Shown: positions 36,067-49,657, numbered from the stretch's first letter. The stretch: DNA of 64,000 nucleotides from Nemertoderma westbladi (GCA_032718475.1 JAUCBJ010007204.1:62001-126000), one strand, 5' to 3'. Numbers and translations: made by a program. Notes: a model not told the origin generated them from the letters alone.

Positions 36067-38949
36067 CCATGGACCAATCGCAGGAGACATCTACAGTGCA
36101 ATGTGGGCAGTGCTGAAAGGCTATGCAACCAATACAGAACCAAACTACTATGTTTGTATGTTGGATGGGCTAAATGTCTAGCATCAATAAGCTAAACTTG
36201 GAACCACCATTATACTATCAGCTGGCTATGATGCCACTACTGCTCAAATTTTGGCGCCCCTTGGAAGGTGCCCCCCCCCCCCCCCTTCTGCACGCCACTG
36301 CACGTTTCGGAAACAAGCTACAGTTCGAAGAAGAAAACTTTGAAGAAAATTTCCCGATTTTTTCCCGAATTCCCAAAGTTCCAGAATTTTACAAAAATAT
36401 CAGAGTGTTTTATAATGGATATCTCCGGGTAGTAACTAAATTTTGAAAAAAAATAGAAGTCTTTTCCCAGAGAGGTCTGTTTTCGAGCAAGTCGGTACCC
36501 ACTGGTACGGATTTACCACATTACCTTTCGCTAGGGAGGGGGCAAGCCCCCCCCCCCCCCCAAGATACCTGTGGAGGGGCAGATGCCCCCTTGCCCCCCC
36601 CCCCCCCTAGAACCGCCACTGTCTACCGAGCATCACCATCCTGTCCCATAATAACTTCGTAGCGGCTTTGTGTCGACGGTCGAAAAATGACCATACAGTA
36701 GTGCTTTTTTTCTGACCTTCGTCCTGGAACCCTACGCAGCCGGGTACTATATAGCTATACACCGGCTTTCATTGCAGTAAAGAAAAGTGTAGGCGCCGTA
36801 TAACCGCGGTATAATCAGTTTTCAGATCTAGCTCCTCTACTAATTTATTATGCCCTATATTAATTAAATAAAACACCGCAAAGATAGGTGGAATATTCTG
36901 ATATTCAATTAAAGGGATATTGCGTTAGAGAAACTGTGATAGGCAAAACAGAAGTAGGCCTAAGCAGCTAGGCTTGTACAGTCTGCAGTCTGACAGTTGT
37001 AGCTAGAATAATTGCTGAATTGCATCGGATCGGATCGGATCGGACGGCATCTGACATATAATTCTACCTCGAATCCTGCAATCAGTCAATACTGCAATAC
37101 TGGTCAGCCGGTACCATACACTGCAGACATGCCATATCATGTAATCTAATTAAACATGGCCCCGGAACCCTTGCGGTGATTATAGTTTAGGCCTAATTAG
37201 CCCAGTACCGGCACCGGTAATAATAATATAATAGTTTAGATAGTTACCGCTAATCATTCAGTCATTGGCACGGTACACCGTATTGCTGTACTGCCGTTGT
37301 AGTGCGCACCGTAGGTACCACCCATGGCCTACTACACACAGGCCATGACAAGGACTTTGCTGTGAAATTAGCGTAGGCTGACTGTGCTGATTATGGTACT
37401 GTCAGACTGTGGTACCTAAGCTATATACTGTTAGGTATATTGCTGTATTGGGGTGGGGTTAGGAATAATCCATTTGTTTTAGCATTGAACTGTTGAATCC
37501 CCTATTTATTATAAAACCATTGGAAATATTCGCAAATGCCACTCCATTACTGTCTGAAACGCTCCCGACAGTCCGATGTATCTGGACCCGAGCAGCCGAG
37601 TTGCTTCAAGAGGTGATTAACGGGGGAATACTACGGAATTGCTTGTTTGTCAGTACGATTCTATTTGGGTATTTACTACACTCAGAAACTGGGAATACGG
37701 CGGTCGGTCAGATCGTAATGCGGGCCACTGCCAAGTTCCTCATGCCTCACTCCGGTCACCCACCTTGGAGTGCAGTGGGAAGAGTCCTACTTACTGACTG
37801 ACGTCGACGACTGGACGAATCGACGAGGATTGTGATCTGGGTTTAGCGGCGGCCCGGATCCTGGGATCGCCTGGGGGAAATGGTTGAACGTTGGGCAGAC
37901 GTTATCGCACTGGATTACGTTCTCTGTGACGCGAAAGTGTGAAGCGAATTGGTTGTCGAATTGGGTCGGAAGCTGCGGGAATTCTACTGTTCTACGGGAG
38001 TAAACCGCAGCGGTCCGGTGACTAAGGACGGATACTGTGACGGGATCCGAGAGGATCCCGGTTTATCCGGTGTCGCTTATGTACGCGTCCCCGCCGTGTG
38101 AATGAAAAGAGCTGTTGTTCCAGTGTCGTTATTATGGACTGATATATATATAATACAGAGTGATAGTAGATAGCACAGTTAACCGGTATACTGAATGATA
38201 TGTGATTGGTGACGGCGGTGATGGTCTAAATTGTCACCATACTACCGTGACTGTAGTGACAGTCTGAGATAACTGAAGTGAATGGATAGCACGACCGGTA
38301 ATATATTGCACGGTGGCCTTATTGCTACTCAATCGATGCCTTTCCCCCCTCTGATTGGTTGGTATCCCTGTTGGCACCCTTTGGAGTGTTTCCCTTCGCT
38401 CCCTGTGTTCTCTCTCGGTTAGGGGTTTGGCCCCTGACCCCTATTGTGTGTGTCTCCTTTGGGGCCTATTGTCCCCGTTTACTGGGCTGACACGAGGTTG
38501 ATTGGTAATCAAGCTCGTGCTCCCAATATTGCTTTATGGCTCACTCTATGGGTTTGTGTTAGCGGAATTGGATAAGCTAACACTCCCCCCCATGCTATCT
38601 TCCCGGTAAGAAGATAGCATCCAACTCAAGTGCGCTACAATTCCGCTGGATCCCGATCTAGCATCGGGTGTGGGGTGGGTCTATTTTTTCGGAGTCGGCT
38701 TTCCAGGCCGCTCCCTATGGGTATGATGTCACTACCCTCTGGCGTCTCGTGTCGGGCCGATCGTGCGCTTCTCTCACACAATTTTTGTTTCCCCAACACT
38801 CTCACCACTCTACTCCAACTCTCGCATACTCCCGGACCTCCTCGTCCCACACTCTTCCTCTCACTTCTCCTCCCCCACACTTGAATTGCGCCCACGCTCT
38901 CTTCGCACTCCGCACTATCACCTCTCCACTCTCTTGTCACTCCCTAAGG

Positions 38950-40480
38950 CTTTAATCTCTAATGCTACCCCTGTGCTATCATACTATCTACCTACTGCTT
39001 ACTAACTCTAACTATCTAACTAACTCTGCTAACTACTAACTCTTACTACTTCTAGCTCTAACTGAGAGCCTCTAACTTTCTACTTCTACTAACTCTACTT
39101 GACTCCTCTGAGTTTACCAACTCTGCTAACTAGCTCTACTAACTCTACTCCACTAGCTCTGCTAACTCTACTCCACTAGCTCTGCTAACTCTACTAACTA
39201 GCTCTACTAACTCTACTCCACTCTTCTAACTACGTGGCGCTTGCGGTGCCCACAACCACTCTACTATATGGCACCCTATGTGCCCTCTCTGCTCTACTCT
39301 ACTACCTGGCACCCTATGTGCCCTCTCTACTACACTACTACCTCTCTAACTCTACTACCTGGCACCCTATGTGCCCTCTCTACTACTCTACTCTATCTCT
39401 AACTCTCTAACTCTACTACCTGGCACCCTACGTGCCCTCTCTACTCTTCTACTACCTGGCACCCAATGTGCCCGTCTCTACTCCTCTACTCCCCCTTTAC
39501 GTCTCATCGCCTACACGTGACGCTCTGAGTGCCGGCAGAGTGGGTACGTTAATTATGTGAACTACTACTGACTCTACTAACTCTCTTCTAACTCTACTAA
39601 CTCTTTTTGTGCCCGGCACCTCTTGTGCCCGGCACCTTCTAACTCTACTAACTCTTTTTGTGCCCGGCACCTCTTGTGCCCGGCACCTTCTAACTCTACT
39701 AACTCTCTACTAACTCAACTAACTCTACTACTAACTCAACTAACTCTACTACTAACTCTTTTTGTGCCCGGCACCTCTTGTGCCCGGCACCCACCCTAAT
39801 TAACATACCCTGCTCTTACATCAAACATGTCATCACGCCCGTGCCCCACTAAGTTCAGCGCATTCCCTACTAACTCTAACTACGTGGCGCTTACGGTGCC
39901 CACAACCCTCTACTGCTACTACTAACACCCCTAACTAGCGGTACTACGTACCCTCTTACTACTCTAGCTCTCTCTACTAGCTAGCGGTACAACGTACCCT
40001 CTTACTACTCTAGCTCTCTCTACTAGCTAGCGGTACAACGTACCCTCTTACTACTCTAGCTCTCTCTACTAGCTAGCGGTACAACGTACCCTCTTACTAC
40101 TCTAACTCTAACTACCTAGCGGTACTTACGTACCCTCTAACTCTTACTCTAACTAGCGGTACTTACGTACCCTCTAACTCTAACTAACTAGCGGTACTTA
40201 CGTACCCTCTAACTCTAACTAACTAGCGGTACTTACGTACCCTCTAACTCTCTTCTACTAACGGTACTACACGTACCCTCCTACTAACTCTTCTACTAAC
40301 GGTACTACACGTACCCTTCTACTAACTCTTCTAACTCTACTCTTACTAACGGTACTGCGTACCCTCTAACTCTTACTCTAACACTAACTATCAGTGCTAA
40401 CTGACTAACTAACTAACTCTGACTCTAGGTACTACGTACCTCCTAACTAACTCCTAACTACCTAACTTCTACCTACTCTA
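38950..40480. repeat. Complex micro/minisatellite tract (CTA/CTCTA matrix with GGCACC and GGTACnnCGTACC units) inside the gag-only element
   Basis: Seen directly: several nested tandem units of ~20-50 bp. Confidence 0.9.
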
Positions 40481-40505
40481 TTATTTAATTATTTTCTTAT
40501 TTTAA

Positions 40506-43500
40506 TTAAATAATTATTTTATATTTTGTGCGTGGGAAGGGCGTCTCGCCCTCATTCCCACCCCCCTCAGTCCAAAACTTTGGACGACTAAAAACTCTCA
40601 GGTGCCCCTTCTTCCAGTAGGCACTCTCCTGCTGCCCTCCTATACGTCCTCTAACTCTTCGCCACACTCTCTTCGGTGCCACCTTTGCTGGCCTCCCCCT
40701 TCGTATGTGCGCTGGCATTAGAGCCCTCGACGACCCCCGCTCGTCCCTCGGTATACGCGGTGTCTGCCCGTGCAATGCCCCCTCGCACTGTGTCCGTCCT
40801 GCGTGTGTATGCAACACGCCTCCTCCTTCTTTCCCGACTCCCTTATGTTTGCTAATGGGCTTCTCTGCCCCTGGTTTAGTCCTTTCATATCCTTTCCCTT
40901 TCCAACACTCTCCGGATCTGTGTCCTTTTACCACGCATCGATGACATAGTCCGTTTGCGTCTGTGTAGGCTACACGATCTCGTTTGGGCAACGCTTGCCA
41001 GTACTTACAACTCCTGGTCTTATGGGTTCCGTCCCGATGTAATTGACATTGGAATCCTGGATTATAGCGTTTCCTGTATAGTCCTTCACGTATCGCGCTT
41101 AGGTTTATATGTACCGATTTAATGTTTTGATTGTCTAGACTCGGCCTACTGGGTATATTGGGATTGTGTTTATTATATATGGTGTTATTTTCTTTCTGTC
41201 CCTGCCACGGTGTGGCCCTGCTACCAGCTAACTGTGGACTAGCAGTCCCCTGTACGGCCGCGTGTGGTGGTGACTGTCCGCACGACCTGTTCTCGTCCAG
41301 GGAGTTCGATGTTCTTGCTCCTATCGGGGTATATTGTCGATATTGTGATGGGGGAATGTCACCCTGTCCCCCCCCCAGCCGGTATGTTTGGTACTGGGGT
41401 TGATGTTAATACATTGGGGCCCATACGTCTATCTCCAATAACTCCCCCCTCCCCTGGATATATGTTATGTCCCTGTGTATTATAGTCATGCTGCTGTACC
41501 GATATAGGCCTACCTACCTCTCGCCTACCTACCGGTATGTACTCCGCGACTTCCGGGTTTAATCCCGTCGTTCGCGCTACCCCATCGCCTACTCTATCTC
41601 TCCCAGCATGGCCTATAATAGTATGTGCAGTAAGGCCTACAGTATGTCCTGCAGTCTGCATGTGCCCTTCCGAACCGAAGTTTATTCTTCGCGAATCTCT
41701 AGTCTCCCCGCGACTACTGCACTCTCGATCGGCAGCTATATCCCGTCGGGAAGCTTCTCTTCGATCCCCTCTCCTGTTCTCGACTTTGTATTGGTACCTC
41801 CTGTACCCCTCTCTTGGCGTGCGGTGCGTTTCTCCGGGGCGACGGCAATCTCCCGAAGTTCGACCCCACTGGCTCCCTGACTCCATCTCTACTGTCGACG
41901 GTCCGTTATCCGTCCTCGCACTGCTATCGTTCGTGGCGACACTTCTTCTACTATCTTCTCTTCTTCTCTTTTCTGTGTAGTATTCCGGCTCGTGAGATCT
42001 CTCGTCGACCTCCCGGTTAAACTCCACTGTTCTTCTTCTCTCTTCTGATCGGGCTCGACGCTTCGTCTGCCCTCTCGCGACGTCAACCTGCCTCTCTCTA
42101 CTCGATCGCACGCCGCTGGGGATACTCGCAATCCCCCTATTACTCTCCGTCGCCGGGTGTTGCGGTTTACCTGATTCGGCCCGCGCATTATCCGCTGACG
42201 GCTGTGGGACACTCTCTGCCCCCCCTCTCTCTCTACTAACCTCTCGCGGTGGGGTGCCCGTAGCCCCCCCCCACCCGCCACTTCTAACTTCACTATCTCT
42301 TACTACAAGCATACCTCTGCGTCCCTCTTGTGGGGCATTCTCTGCCCCCCCTCTCTCGCCACTAATCTTATGTGGTGGGGCGCCGGTAGCCCCCCCCCCA
42401 CCCGCCACATCTAACTTCACTATCTCTCACTTCGTCTCTACACCCCTCTCTAGTCGACGCACTGTCTCTACTACGGTTGGGTCTATTCACCCCCGCCTCT
42501 CTCTCTACTACTGCGTGGCCCATCAGGCCTACTTCGGGTTGGCTCAACCCCGCTACCCCCTGCCTACCAACTACGTGGCCTACCAGGCCGCCGTCGGGTT
42601 GGCTCAACCCTGCCACTTCCTGCCTACTAACTACGTGGCCTACCAGGCCACCGTCTGCCGGGTTATGTACGTCCGACACGCTCATATTAATAGCACCATT
42701 CCCAATATTATTTGTTAAATCAATTAAATTATTAGAATTTGAAACGGGATTATTATTTAAATTATTTAAATTACTTAGATCACTACTATTCTCTAAACTT
42801 AAATTATTATTCGAATTATTTTGCGGGTTTGAATTGAAATTATTATTTAGAATATTTGTATTTAAATTTAAATTACTACTACCCGGTAAAATATTATTTC
42901 CTGTAATAAAGGGATTAGGGTTATCTACTACGGTACTATTAATATTAACATTTCCTAACGTACTACTATTACTCCCCCCGCCCGTACGGCTACACCAGTT
43001 CTGGTTCTCTCGCCCGGTGCCTGTAAGTGGGGTCTCACTCTCTGATATCTCCAACCGCGCCAGTTCTAGTCGGCGCCGTTTAAGTTTGGCTTGATATTGC
43101 GCAAGCCTCCCTAGCATGGCATGCAAATCATCCCGCCTGCACTCACCCTCTATCCCCGACTCTCGCGTATTCTGCCCGGCCAACTCTGCCTCTCTAGCAA
43201 TCATCTCAAGCCGCCTCGCCGGCTCGCTCTCTACTCCCATCTCTCGCTCTCTACACTCCTTGGCTCTCTCTCTAAACTTCTCGGCTTTCTCTCTATACTC
43301 CCTCTCCAACTCTCCTGCCTTCTCTGAGAATGCGGTTTCCTCTCTCAATTGCCACTCTAACCATTCCTGCTTACTCGCAGCCGTTTCTAATTTATACTCT
43401 ATGCGTTCACTCTGTCGCACCCGTCTTTCTTTTACGGAGGATGTAGCAGACTTATCGGTTGCGACGGACTCCCGTCGCCCCTCCGTCCCACTAACTTTCC

Positions 43501-44251
43501 CCCTCTTCCCGGAACTTCCTCCGACCGACGAGACCGAATCCTCGGAATTAACCTCGGATTCGCCCTCCCCAGGTCTTCTAACTCTTACTTTCACTCCCCG
43601 GGCATCGACTAAGTATGGCCCTACGTACACTACGCTAGGTTCCATACCCCCACATTCCCATAGTTCAATCAGTTCGTTGACAACTCCCCTCGCCCTCTCC
43701 TCGGCTAGTTCTCTCTGCCCAAAACACACTAGGTGATCAAAGTATCTGTTCGACTCACCTAGTCGTCTCCTCAGTCTCACCTCGTCTACCTTCGCCCCCT
43801 CCTTGGCCTCTCTCAGTTGCTCCCGGGTCGCGAGGTAGGCCCGTCGAAGTCGATCAGAAACCCCGACGTCCTCGTCGCCGACCTCTCTTCCGTCTCTCCG
43901 GGTCCGACGTCGTACCGACGGCCCCACCGTCGCCGTTCCGGTGGACCGTTCGTCGTCCTCGGCCTGTGGCTGGCCGGTGACATCGGTATGTCGACCCTCG
44001 CTCCGCGTCGACTCGTCTTTCTCTTCTCCTCCCTTCTCGTCTCCTCTACTCGACTCGCTCTCTCATGGTAGACGACCCCCCACATCTTGGTTCGCCGTGT
44101 TGCTCGTTATCGACGTAGCGTCAACCTGCGTCGACGTGGTCGGCGTAGCATCGATCGGCGTCGTGGGTTCGTATCGTCTCGCCGTGGCCTCGCGGATCGT
44201 TAGATCGTCGTCCGGGGTCCGCGGCGGTGTAGTTTCTCCTCCTCTACTCAT
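40506..44251 (-). pseudogene. Gag-like ORF (~1250 codons) of the gag-only element; one TGA (44063-44065) and two frameshifts at G-runs (~42395, ~41370)
   Basis: ATG lies 50 nt after the LTR. Frames join at homopolymers. Coiled coil and N-rich tract. C-terminal CQLHRDGTHKTRSC-x19-CHRCVVKGHRSGEC knuckles resemble BEL gag. Confidence 0.7.
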
Positions 44252-46230
44252 CTTGTCTTTGGTGGCTGTCAGCTACAGTTCGGCAGGCCTAGAATTTAGA
44301 CTGTGACGGGATCCGAGAGGATCCCGGTTTATCCGGTGTCGCTTATGTACGCGTCCCCGCCGTGTGAATGAAAAGAGCTGTTGTTCCAGTGTCGTTATTA
44401 TGGACTGATATATATATAATACAGAGTGATAGTAGATAGCACAGTTAACCGGTATACTGAATGATATGTGATTGGTGACGGCGGTGATGGTCTAAATTGT
44501 CACCGTACTACCGTGACTGTAGTGACAGTCTGAGATAACTGAAGTGAATGGATAGCACGACCGGTAATATATTGCACGGTGGCCTTATTGCTACTCAATC
44601 GATGCCTTTCCCCCCTCTGATTGGTTGGTATCCCTGTTGGCACCCTTTGGAGTGTTTCCCTTCGCTCCCTGTGTTCTCTCTCGGTTAGGGGTTTGGCCCC
44701 TGACCCCTATTGTGTGTGTCTCCTTTGGGGCCTATTGTCCCCGTTTACTGGGCTGACACGAGGTTGATTGGTAATCAACCTCGTGCTCCCAATATTGCTT
44801 TATGGCTCACTCTATGGGTTTGTGTTAGCGGAATTGGATAAGCTAACAGATACTACTGGGATAAGCAGGTATTTCGATCGAGTTTCTCGTATTCTCGATG
44901 CTCGAGGCGGATAGAGAGTTGGTTGTGTTGGGCGGTGTTGTTCAATTCTATCAAACATATTAAATAATTGGTAAAATAATAAAAACACACCAGATAAAGA
45001 TACTGAGCTTATGGTAAAGAGATAGGCCGAACTTACAATTTCCAAATAGATTGTTCATATAATAAATATATTTTTGGTATTTGATTTCAAGATAGGGGGG
45101 GGGGGGGGGGGGGGAACTGGACGCAATAAAAATTCATCCCTCTCCAGGGGAAATTGGACGCAAATAACAACAGCTGATTACTCTCAAAAATAAAACTGTA
45201 ACCTGTTCTATTGTGTTTACTTTATTGTTTTGGTTAAAATAACGTGCCACTGTAACCTGCTCCTTTCCCAAAATTTAGAAATTAATATTGAGGCGGGATA
45301 TTAATTCGCCAAGATGGGATTTGCGTCCAGTCCCACCCCCCTCCTATCTCTTGATTTCACTAAAAAATAGAATACATTGCATTTTACTGTTATAATTACT
45401 GTATTGAATAAAATAATTAATTTATTGTTTATTAAACCGTGCTAAGCACGTTGAACTGGAGCTCTAACAATTCCCCACTAGCGGCAGGCAGGAACTGTAA
45501 AAGTCTCTGTAGAATTTCTAATTAAGCAATGCTCTTAGGTAACTACTACTAAATTTCAGATGAATCTGATCTTTGGTTCTATAATTACAGCTATTTTTAC
45601 GTTTCTGTTAATTCGCCCCCTAGCGGCAGACCGGGGAACTGTAGAAGTCTGTCTGTGTGTAGAATTTCTAAATTTTTTATAGACTACATGTGCACCAAGT
45701 TTGGTTCCATTTCATCCATGATTGACCGACTTATTAGCTTTTCAAACATTCCTGCCACAAACATAGCCAGAGGCAGCCACAAACAAATAAAAGCTGCAGG
45801 AACTCGAGCGTTAATTAATTTATTAATTATTAAATACTGTTTCAATTAAATTCTTTACGAAAATCTAGTCATCTTCTTTTAAATATGGACCCTGCATTCA
45901 TGGAAAATATAATATTTGATAATTCATCAGTCAGCCTACGCTAATTTCACAGCAAAGTCCTTGTCATGGCCTGTGTGTAGTAGGCCATGGTACCACCCTA
46001 CTACCGGTACCGGCTGACCGCGTGACTGGTGGCAACTAGCACTTCAGCACTTGCACAGCAACAGCACTACCGGCGATACATAGGTTGAAATTTATGTAGA
46101 GTTTGCTCAACAGTACAGATATAAAATAGTTATCTAAATTATATATATTACTATTGACAAGTATTGAAATATATACCGTTATTCGTGTTATCAGTATTTG
46201 CAACATCTGACATTGAAGAGGTGAGAGAAG

Positions 46231-46565
46231 ATGAATACTGGCACTCAACAAAACCAACGCTTATCACATGTCGGTATGGTTACCTCGAAACCGGCGCGAC
46301 TGTCCACTCGAATACAACTTCAAAACACAAACGCCAACCATAAACTGAAAGCAAATCGAACGTCTTCAGAAGAATCTGTCATTGGGACGAAGAAAAGGAA
46401 GCCGAAACCACGGGAATGGACCACAGCTAAGATTGAATGCTCCCATTGTCAGAGTTCCTGGACCGAAATTGAAACACCAATTGCCGATGTGCTTGATCTC
46501 TCAAACCAAAACTTCCTCTGCGGGGTTTGCGCGGCAGTAAAGATTGAAAGTCTGGAAGCTGGCAT
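46231..46565 (+). pseudogene. Probable LINE ORF1 fragment with degenerate PHD-like Cys pattern
   Basis: IECSHCQSSW...FLCGVC followed by the start of a coiled coil. Truncated. Confidence 0.35.
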
Positions 46566-46956
46566 CCCTAGGTATTATTATTATAAATCAGCCTGCGTTT
46601 AATAAATATATTTTAATACAAAACAGGTCGAACGCAAAGAGGCTTATAATGAAGACGAGTACTGCATTGATTATATTCCTATAAACCACCTGGCTTTGCA
46701 TATTGAACGTGCGTTTGGAAATAAGTTCGTGCTACCCTTCCGTGGGTGGTAGATGTCGCGGTTATGTATTGGTGGGTGGGGGGAGGGGGGGGGGGGGTGC
46801 AGATTAAAAGGGGTGAACACGTACTGTCCTCCCCCTTTCTTTGATTAATTGGTGGTGTGGGTTAATCTCTCATAACCTGATTTTGTGATACAGTCGCACA
46901 ATTTTAATTTGTATCTCATAACTGGGCCTCGTGCTGCGCGAAGGCCCCACGAACGT

Positions 46957-47528
46957 GTGGTGTACCGCAAGGTAGTATATTAGGTCCTCTGCTTTTTGTA
47001 TGCTATGTAAATGATATGATAAGTAGTATAGATCCCGATTTTAAACTCATTTTATATGCCGACGACAGTGCTCTTATTTTCTCTCATAAAGATCCTATCC
47101 ATATTTCCCAAAAATTAAGTGCAGTTCTAGAATCCTGTAATGAGTGGTTGGTTGATAATAAGCTATCCATTCACTACGGTAAAACTGAAAGTATTTTGTT
47201 TGGTTCCAAAAGAAAGTTAAAGAAGGTAACTAAGTTTGAAGTCACTAGTAATGGACATAAGATTGAAAATAAAAAGGAAGTTAAATATTTAGGCGCCACA
47301 TTGGATAACTGCTTATCAGGAGAAAGCATAGTGAAAAATATTTTCTCGAAAGTTAACAGTAGGCTTAGGTTTCTATACAGAAATAAAAATAGTTTGAACA
47401 CCGACTCCCGCAAGTTACTTTGCTCTTCTTTAATACAGTGTCACATGGACTATGCGTGCTCTTCTTGGTATGAAGGCTTAACCAAACAGCTTAAATGTAA
47501 ATTACAAGTAGCTCAGAATAAAGTAGTA
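46957..47528 (+). pseudogene. CR1/L2-group RT fragment, cut by the BEL LTR at 47529
   Basis: GVPQGSILGPLLF..YVND, LYADDS, WLVDNKL, KYLG, QNKVV. Confidence 0.85.
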
Positions 47529-49657
47529 TGTAAAAGCTTCTGTGGGATATAACTGGCCCTTTTGCTTTGCAATCCAGTTTCCCCCCAGGCGCTGGAATAC
47601 TCTAAAAAGCTCTCTAACTATATATATATCCCCCTCGCCCGCAAGGTACCGTTATAGGTGTTTTAACGGACATAAAAGTCATTCTTCTATATACGTGCTT
47701 TGGAGGACATGGTAAGGCAAAAAACCCGCAATGCACCAAATACCCTTGCACAGCTTAGCCTTGATGATTCAGATTACGACATCTAACAGCTGGTTGCTGA
47801 CATGGAAACGGCCATTGGACACATGGTTCTTTGTTTGCTTAACAGCCAATCAGAGCGATTTTTTCTGTCGATGTGGAGCTTTTGGCAGATCATGCTAGGA
47901 ATGTCAGTCTTACTGTTTTTCTTGTTACTGTTGTGTTGTTTCTATCTAGGCCAGGAACACCGGCTCTAGAGTCAATTCGTTTTCATACTTTAGAAGAAAC
48001 ATTAGTAGGCTTAAATTATAGAGCGTATAACTGTTATCGGTGCAACTCCGTTCAGTCTTTCATTATCGGTTCAACATACATTGTTGTGCTGCTGTTTGCT
48101 GTTGTCATATTTTGTATCAGTTGGTTGAATATTATTTGGATAACATCTATAAAGAACCCAAATTTCCCAATTTTCTTGATACACTACAGTTTAGAGAGAC
48201 GGGTTATATATAGCGATTGCGACTTATATTATTGTGGTTTGTAGTGAATTTAATGCTATTTGATAAGCACTACATGAGTCCGTTGCTGTTCTCTTTATAT
48301 ATGATAAAATTCATTGACGGTCGGCAAATTAGTGAGCAGTATTGTGTGTTACCGGTAGTGTGCATGATTGTGGCTGATAACTAAGCATTTCCTAAAGAAT
48401 GCGCCTCATACGTGAATCATAAGCCTTACCGACTTACCGTTGTGATTAGTATAAGTCATATCTCTGTTTACCTAGATAGAGCGCCACGTCCTAAAGGAAC
48501 TGTTAATATTTCCCGAAAGTGAATAATATTAGTCAGAAATTATTTATTAACGATCAATCGAATAATACAGTAAGCTTACACTGCAATAATAATCTAAGCC
48601 CTCAGAATCCAGTCTCCCGGGTATATCCAGCGGGTGAATGGACGCGCACTAGGCTGGCTTCTGCTAATGTTGTGTTTATTGGTATTAAATATTTGTCAAC
48701 TTCTAAAGTCTATTTGTAAACCAAAAGACATATAAATTTTGGCAGGTTAAACTGCTAAAGGTCTTCAAAAGCGCGTACAATAACAGTTATTGTCTTTATT
48801 GCAGTAAGCAATAAAGTTGAAAGTACCGGTAAACCTGAACCGGTACTTCTGTAGGTCAGTAGGCCCAACTGCCAGAACCGGTACCGCTGTAGGTCCGTAG
48901 GTCCAACTGCCAGAACCGGTACTTCTGTAGGTCCGTAGGCCCAACTGTCCTAACCGGTACTTCCAGTATAAGTACATTAGTATTATTCGATTTTGATTAT
49001 TGTATACTGGTAGGTCTTAGTATTTAATCAGGGACGGCCGCCCTGGTTTTTTATTGAGATTTTACTTATTTCTGTCGGTTTTATTTACATGTAAGTTAAT
49101 ATTGAGCTGAAGACGTGTAAGTCTGCTCAGATTGTTCAGATAATTGTAGGCCGGACTGTTGTCGGATTGTTGTTGGGTTTGGAGAGATTACTGCGTGTGT
49201 AGAGTTTGTCCGATAGAGTGCCAGTTAGTAAGTTGGGGCAGCCATAGCTGTAAGGTCAATCCCCTCTTAAAGAATAAGTCGTACTACCGTGTTAGAACGC
49301 ATACTAACTAACCATTTTGGAATCTGCACATACTGTAGTTTATTTAGGCTTGACAGTATTCTGCCAGCGTTTTGGCCTGTGTTTGTTTGTGTAGTCTGTT
49401 CAGGTACCGTAATAGTTATTACTCAGATATTTTGTAGGCTGGATTGTTGTCTAGCTATTATTAGGTCTGAAGAGATTGCTGCGTGTGTAGAGTTTGTCTG
49501 ATAAAGTGCCAGTTAGTAAGTTGGGGCAGCCATAGCTGTAAGGTCAATCCCCTCTTAAAGAATAAGTCGTACTACCGTGTTAGAACGCATACTAACTAAC
49601 CGTTTCGGAATCTGCACATACTGTAGTTTATTTAGGCTTGGTGGTAGTCTGCCAGCG
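47529..49657 (+). mobile_element. BEL copy C: 5' LTR (47529-48779) and leader, interrupted by copy B
   Basis: Homologous to 9330-11500. Breaks off at GCCAGCG where the copy B LTR begins. Confidence 0.9.

Larger units (their letters stand above)
38036..44848 (-). mobile_element. Young non-autonomous gag-only LTR element with BEL-type zinc knuckles
   Basis: 547-bp TG...CA LTRs (38036-38582, 44302-44848) differing at about 2 positions. 5-bp TSD GATAC. Minus-strand PPT GGGGGGAG at 38583-38590. No PR, RT or IN. Confidence 0.9.
37323..45989. mobile_element. TIR DNA element (P- or hAT-like, no transposase) carrying nested elements
   Basis: Perfect 62-bp TIRs (37323-37384 / 45928-45989) starting CATGGCC. 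8-bp TSD GTACCACC (37315-37322 / 45990-45997). Confidence 0.85.

Noticed and set aside
36245-36625. Poly-C segments ending in CGCCACTG
   Set aside because: Probably MITE end fragments, but no partner TIR or TSD could be fixed, so not annotated.
38950-40480. Telomeric repeat array
   Set aside because: Units are heterogeneous (CTA/CTCTA/CTAA), not a regular TTAGG or TTAGGG array, and lie inside an LTR element.
41537-44306. Plus-strand ORFs in the gag-only element and antisense ORFs over BEL/LINE genes
   Set aside because: Shadow frames of compositionally biased coding sequence with no motifs.
45425-45825. Possible Helentron-associated (HINE) element
   Set aside because: Has a short internal duplication (CTAGCGGCAG..GGAACTGTA) and T-rich ends, but termini could not be defined.
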